From Gordius albopunctatus (Eukaryota): a DNA stretch of 64,000 nucleotides. A program made the position numbers and the translations under genes. The DNA is taken from NCBI GenBank assembly GCA_964276515.1, contig OZ193909.1, forward strand, positions 12,400,001-12,464,000, read 5' to 3'. The notes under the pieces are model-generated. The model did no database searches, was not told the origin of the DNA, and saw only the letters and a list, made by a program, of their open reading frames with translations. Numbering within the stretch: the first letter of the stretch is position 1; each line of letters begins with the position of its first letter. Below are positions 63,357 to 64,000 of this stretch, piece by piece.

Positions 63357-64000
63357 GTTTTAACTTAGGAGTCATAATTTTTAATAATATTTTGATTAAT
63401 GGATGAATATTAATAAGTTTTATTTATTAAAAAAATATCAAGATGTCATGTTTTTATTGGCGGCAAAAACTTTTTAAGATTCTATATTATTCATTTAAAG
63501 CTAATTGCTCCAAAAAAGAGATTAATGCCTAAATATCCCTAATTTCACCAATGTAAGTACCATATCTTCCAAAATAATATTTACACACAGTTTTTAAATC
63601 AAAAACGATTAAAGCTGAATTTTTTTTAATATTAGACGTATTTGTAGTATCAAAATTATTCAGGGGAATTGCCCCAGGGAAAAAACAATTTTCCAAAAGG
63701 AAGTTTCCTGAGAAAAAACGAGTTTCTCGGAAAAAATGGCCATGGTGCCATCATTTCTGATCGTTGTGCATATATTAAGGGAGTATAAGCGTTTGATTAA
63801 TCTTTATTATTATCTCCATATGAATATAATTCCTAAATTTTTGCTATTATTCTTAAATAAAACCGTGATTGGAAAGATTTTTTATTTGTAGTTTTAGTTT
63901 TTCTTTGGTCCCATTTAACCCTACGACGCCCTCTCCCCAACAACATATGATTTCTATAAATATAGTTAATTATAGCTATTTAATATTCATCTTGTCCATT

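Overview
Very AT-rich, intron-containing animal genomic DNA (invertebrate-like; the species cannot be fixed from sequence alone). The ORF track misses most host genes because they are cut into small exons. Splicing by hand recovers four genes. (1) A complete 4-exon NDUFB10 (complex I PDSW subunit), + strand, 1686-2357, 173 aa. (2) A complete 20-exon NUP85 nucleoporin, - strand, 14202-6522, 625 aa. (3) A 6-exon gene I do not recognise, + strand, 17297-23022, 244 aa, with a signal peptide, an RVKR furin-type site, and a TATA box plus nuclear-receptor motifs upstream. (4) The large terminal exon of a Sox gene (EFDQYLP motif, SoxE-like), - strand, 62605-61455. These genes use many 33-43 nt GT-AG micro-introns, and an internally deleted hAT transposase carries a 34-nt intron of the same class. 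About 38 kb between the orphan gene and the Sox 3' end is a transposon-rich stretch with no confidently called host gene. It holds two hAT transposase relics, many hAT-type MITEs with 8-bp TSDs (several nested), a foldback element with inverted minisatellite arms, Gypsy and CRE retroelement relics and a Helitron-like element; RTE relics lie further upstream. All gene models are manual and untested by RNA data or database searches.
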